DNA of 60,021 bases, counting the filler. It is 9 parts of 9 records of this genome, joined end to end, with 100 filler letters (N's around TTAATTAATTAA, not from the genome) between each part and the next. Parts side by side here need not be neighbours in the genome. Positions count along the whole stretch, not along the records: positions 54,378 to 60,021 come from DRR723986_133016; 8 more parts are not named here. One strand, given 5' to 3'. Both the position numbers and the translations under genes were made by a program. Below, in pieces: positions 59,391 through 60,021 of the stretch; the first letter of the stretch is position 1, and each line of letters starts with the position of its first letter. Under the pieces are notes generated by a model, which had not been told where the DNA came from, did no database searches, and saw only the letters and a program-made list of their open reading frames with translations.

Positions 59391-60021
59391 AAAATATGTA
59401 TAAAACATTGATAATCAAATTTTTAGGTATTTATACGGAATGTTAAAAAATTTAAGTAGGTATATAAACTTAGTTTGACCTGACTGTTGCAACCTCTTAA
59501 AATGTTTGTCTAAAAAACTCTTGATCAACTCGAATTCAATAATTAGTTTAGAACATTCCAAATATAAAATGCTAGAATGAGGCTTCCTTATTCCCTTGCC
59601 GCTTTAATATAAGTGTAAATAAAGAGGAAGAAACAACAGGAATTGAACAAAACTACAAATAGTCGATTGATAATTTTCCGTGGTTTACTTACGCATGGAA
59701 AAAGATAATTAAAGATGATGAGGTTAGAGAAATTCAATCTTCCTTTTAAATTTTTAGACGCTTAGTTTCAAATTTATTAGAGACGGTTACCGAAACAAAA
59801 GGATTGGTAGTATGAAAATACTTGAATTCGAAAACCTTACCCAGAAATCAAGACAAGAACTATTGGAGCTACTAAAAAGTGACTTCAAAATTGAGAGCGG
59901 ACTGATTAGATAGAAAAGGAGAACCCAGCCGATCTATTAGAGAGCGTGTAATTCAGTTGCCGCTGCAGCGATATCAGTAAAGATAGATCCTGATTTAACA
60001 TGATAATTCACTTCGACACCA

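Noticed and set aside
1-60021. CRISPR array, rRNA, intact transposase or phage structural genes
   Set aside because: No repeat-spacer periodicity or recognisable motifs found; the tandem repeats seen are 6-7-mers or protein-level repeats
59812-60021. Short ORF MKILEFENLTQKSRQELLELLKSDFKIESGLIR and following fragments
   Set aside because: Possibly a decayed gene, but too short and stop-interrupted to assign

Overview
This window is not one continuous locus. It is nine contigs joined by eight identical 100-bp artificial linkers (N44-TTAATTAATTAA-N44), so gene neighbourhoods only hold within a contig. Most contigs look like Bacteroidota or FCB-group DNA (T9SS sorting domains, porT, porP/sprF, TAnnTTTG promoters), and the first three are visibly more GC-rich than the rest, so they may come from a different genome. 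Housekeeping and envelope content includes sucC, purL, ubiE/menG, an hldE-type kinase, an aspartate aminotransferase, a partial tRNA-Gly, a glycosyltransferase/Wzy cluster and several T9SS cargo proteins. The best candidate for an undescribed system is in contig 2 (7050-10381). A translationally coupled operon (ECF-like sigma factor, helical putative anti-sigma, ImmA/IrrE-type Zn peptidase) faces away from a second operon (58-aa basic protein, unannotated 55-aa membrane protein, coiled-coil TIR NADase) across a dyad-symmetric control region. This suggests a protease-released sigma switch for a defence or suicide effector. Other notable items: a vitamin-K-dependent-carboxylase-like HTTM gene inside a DUF4856/imelysin/TonB-receptor operon, a comM gene cut at a likely integration junction, a four-helix-bundle gene flanked by complementary heptamer repeats, and two candidate sRNAs. 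Family assignments come from motif recognition only; no database searches were run.
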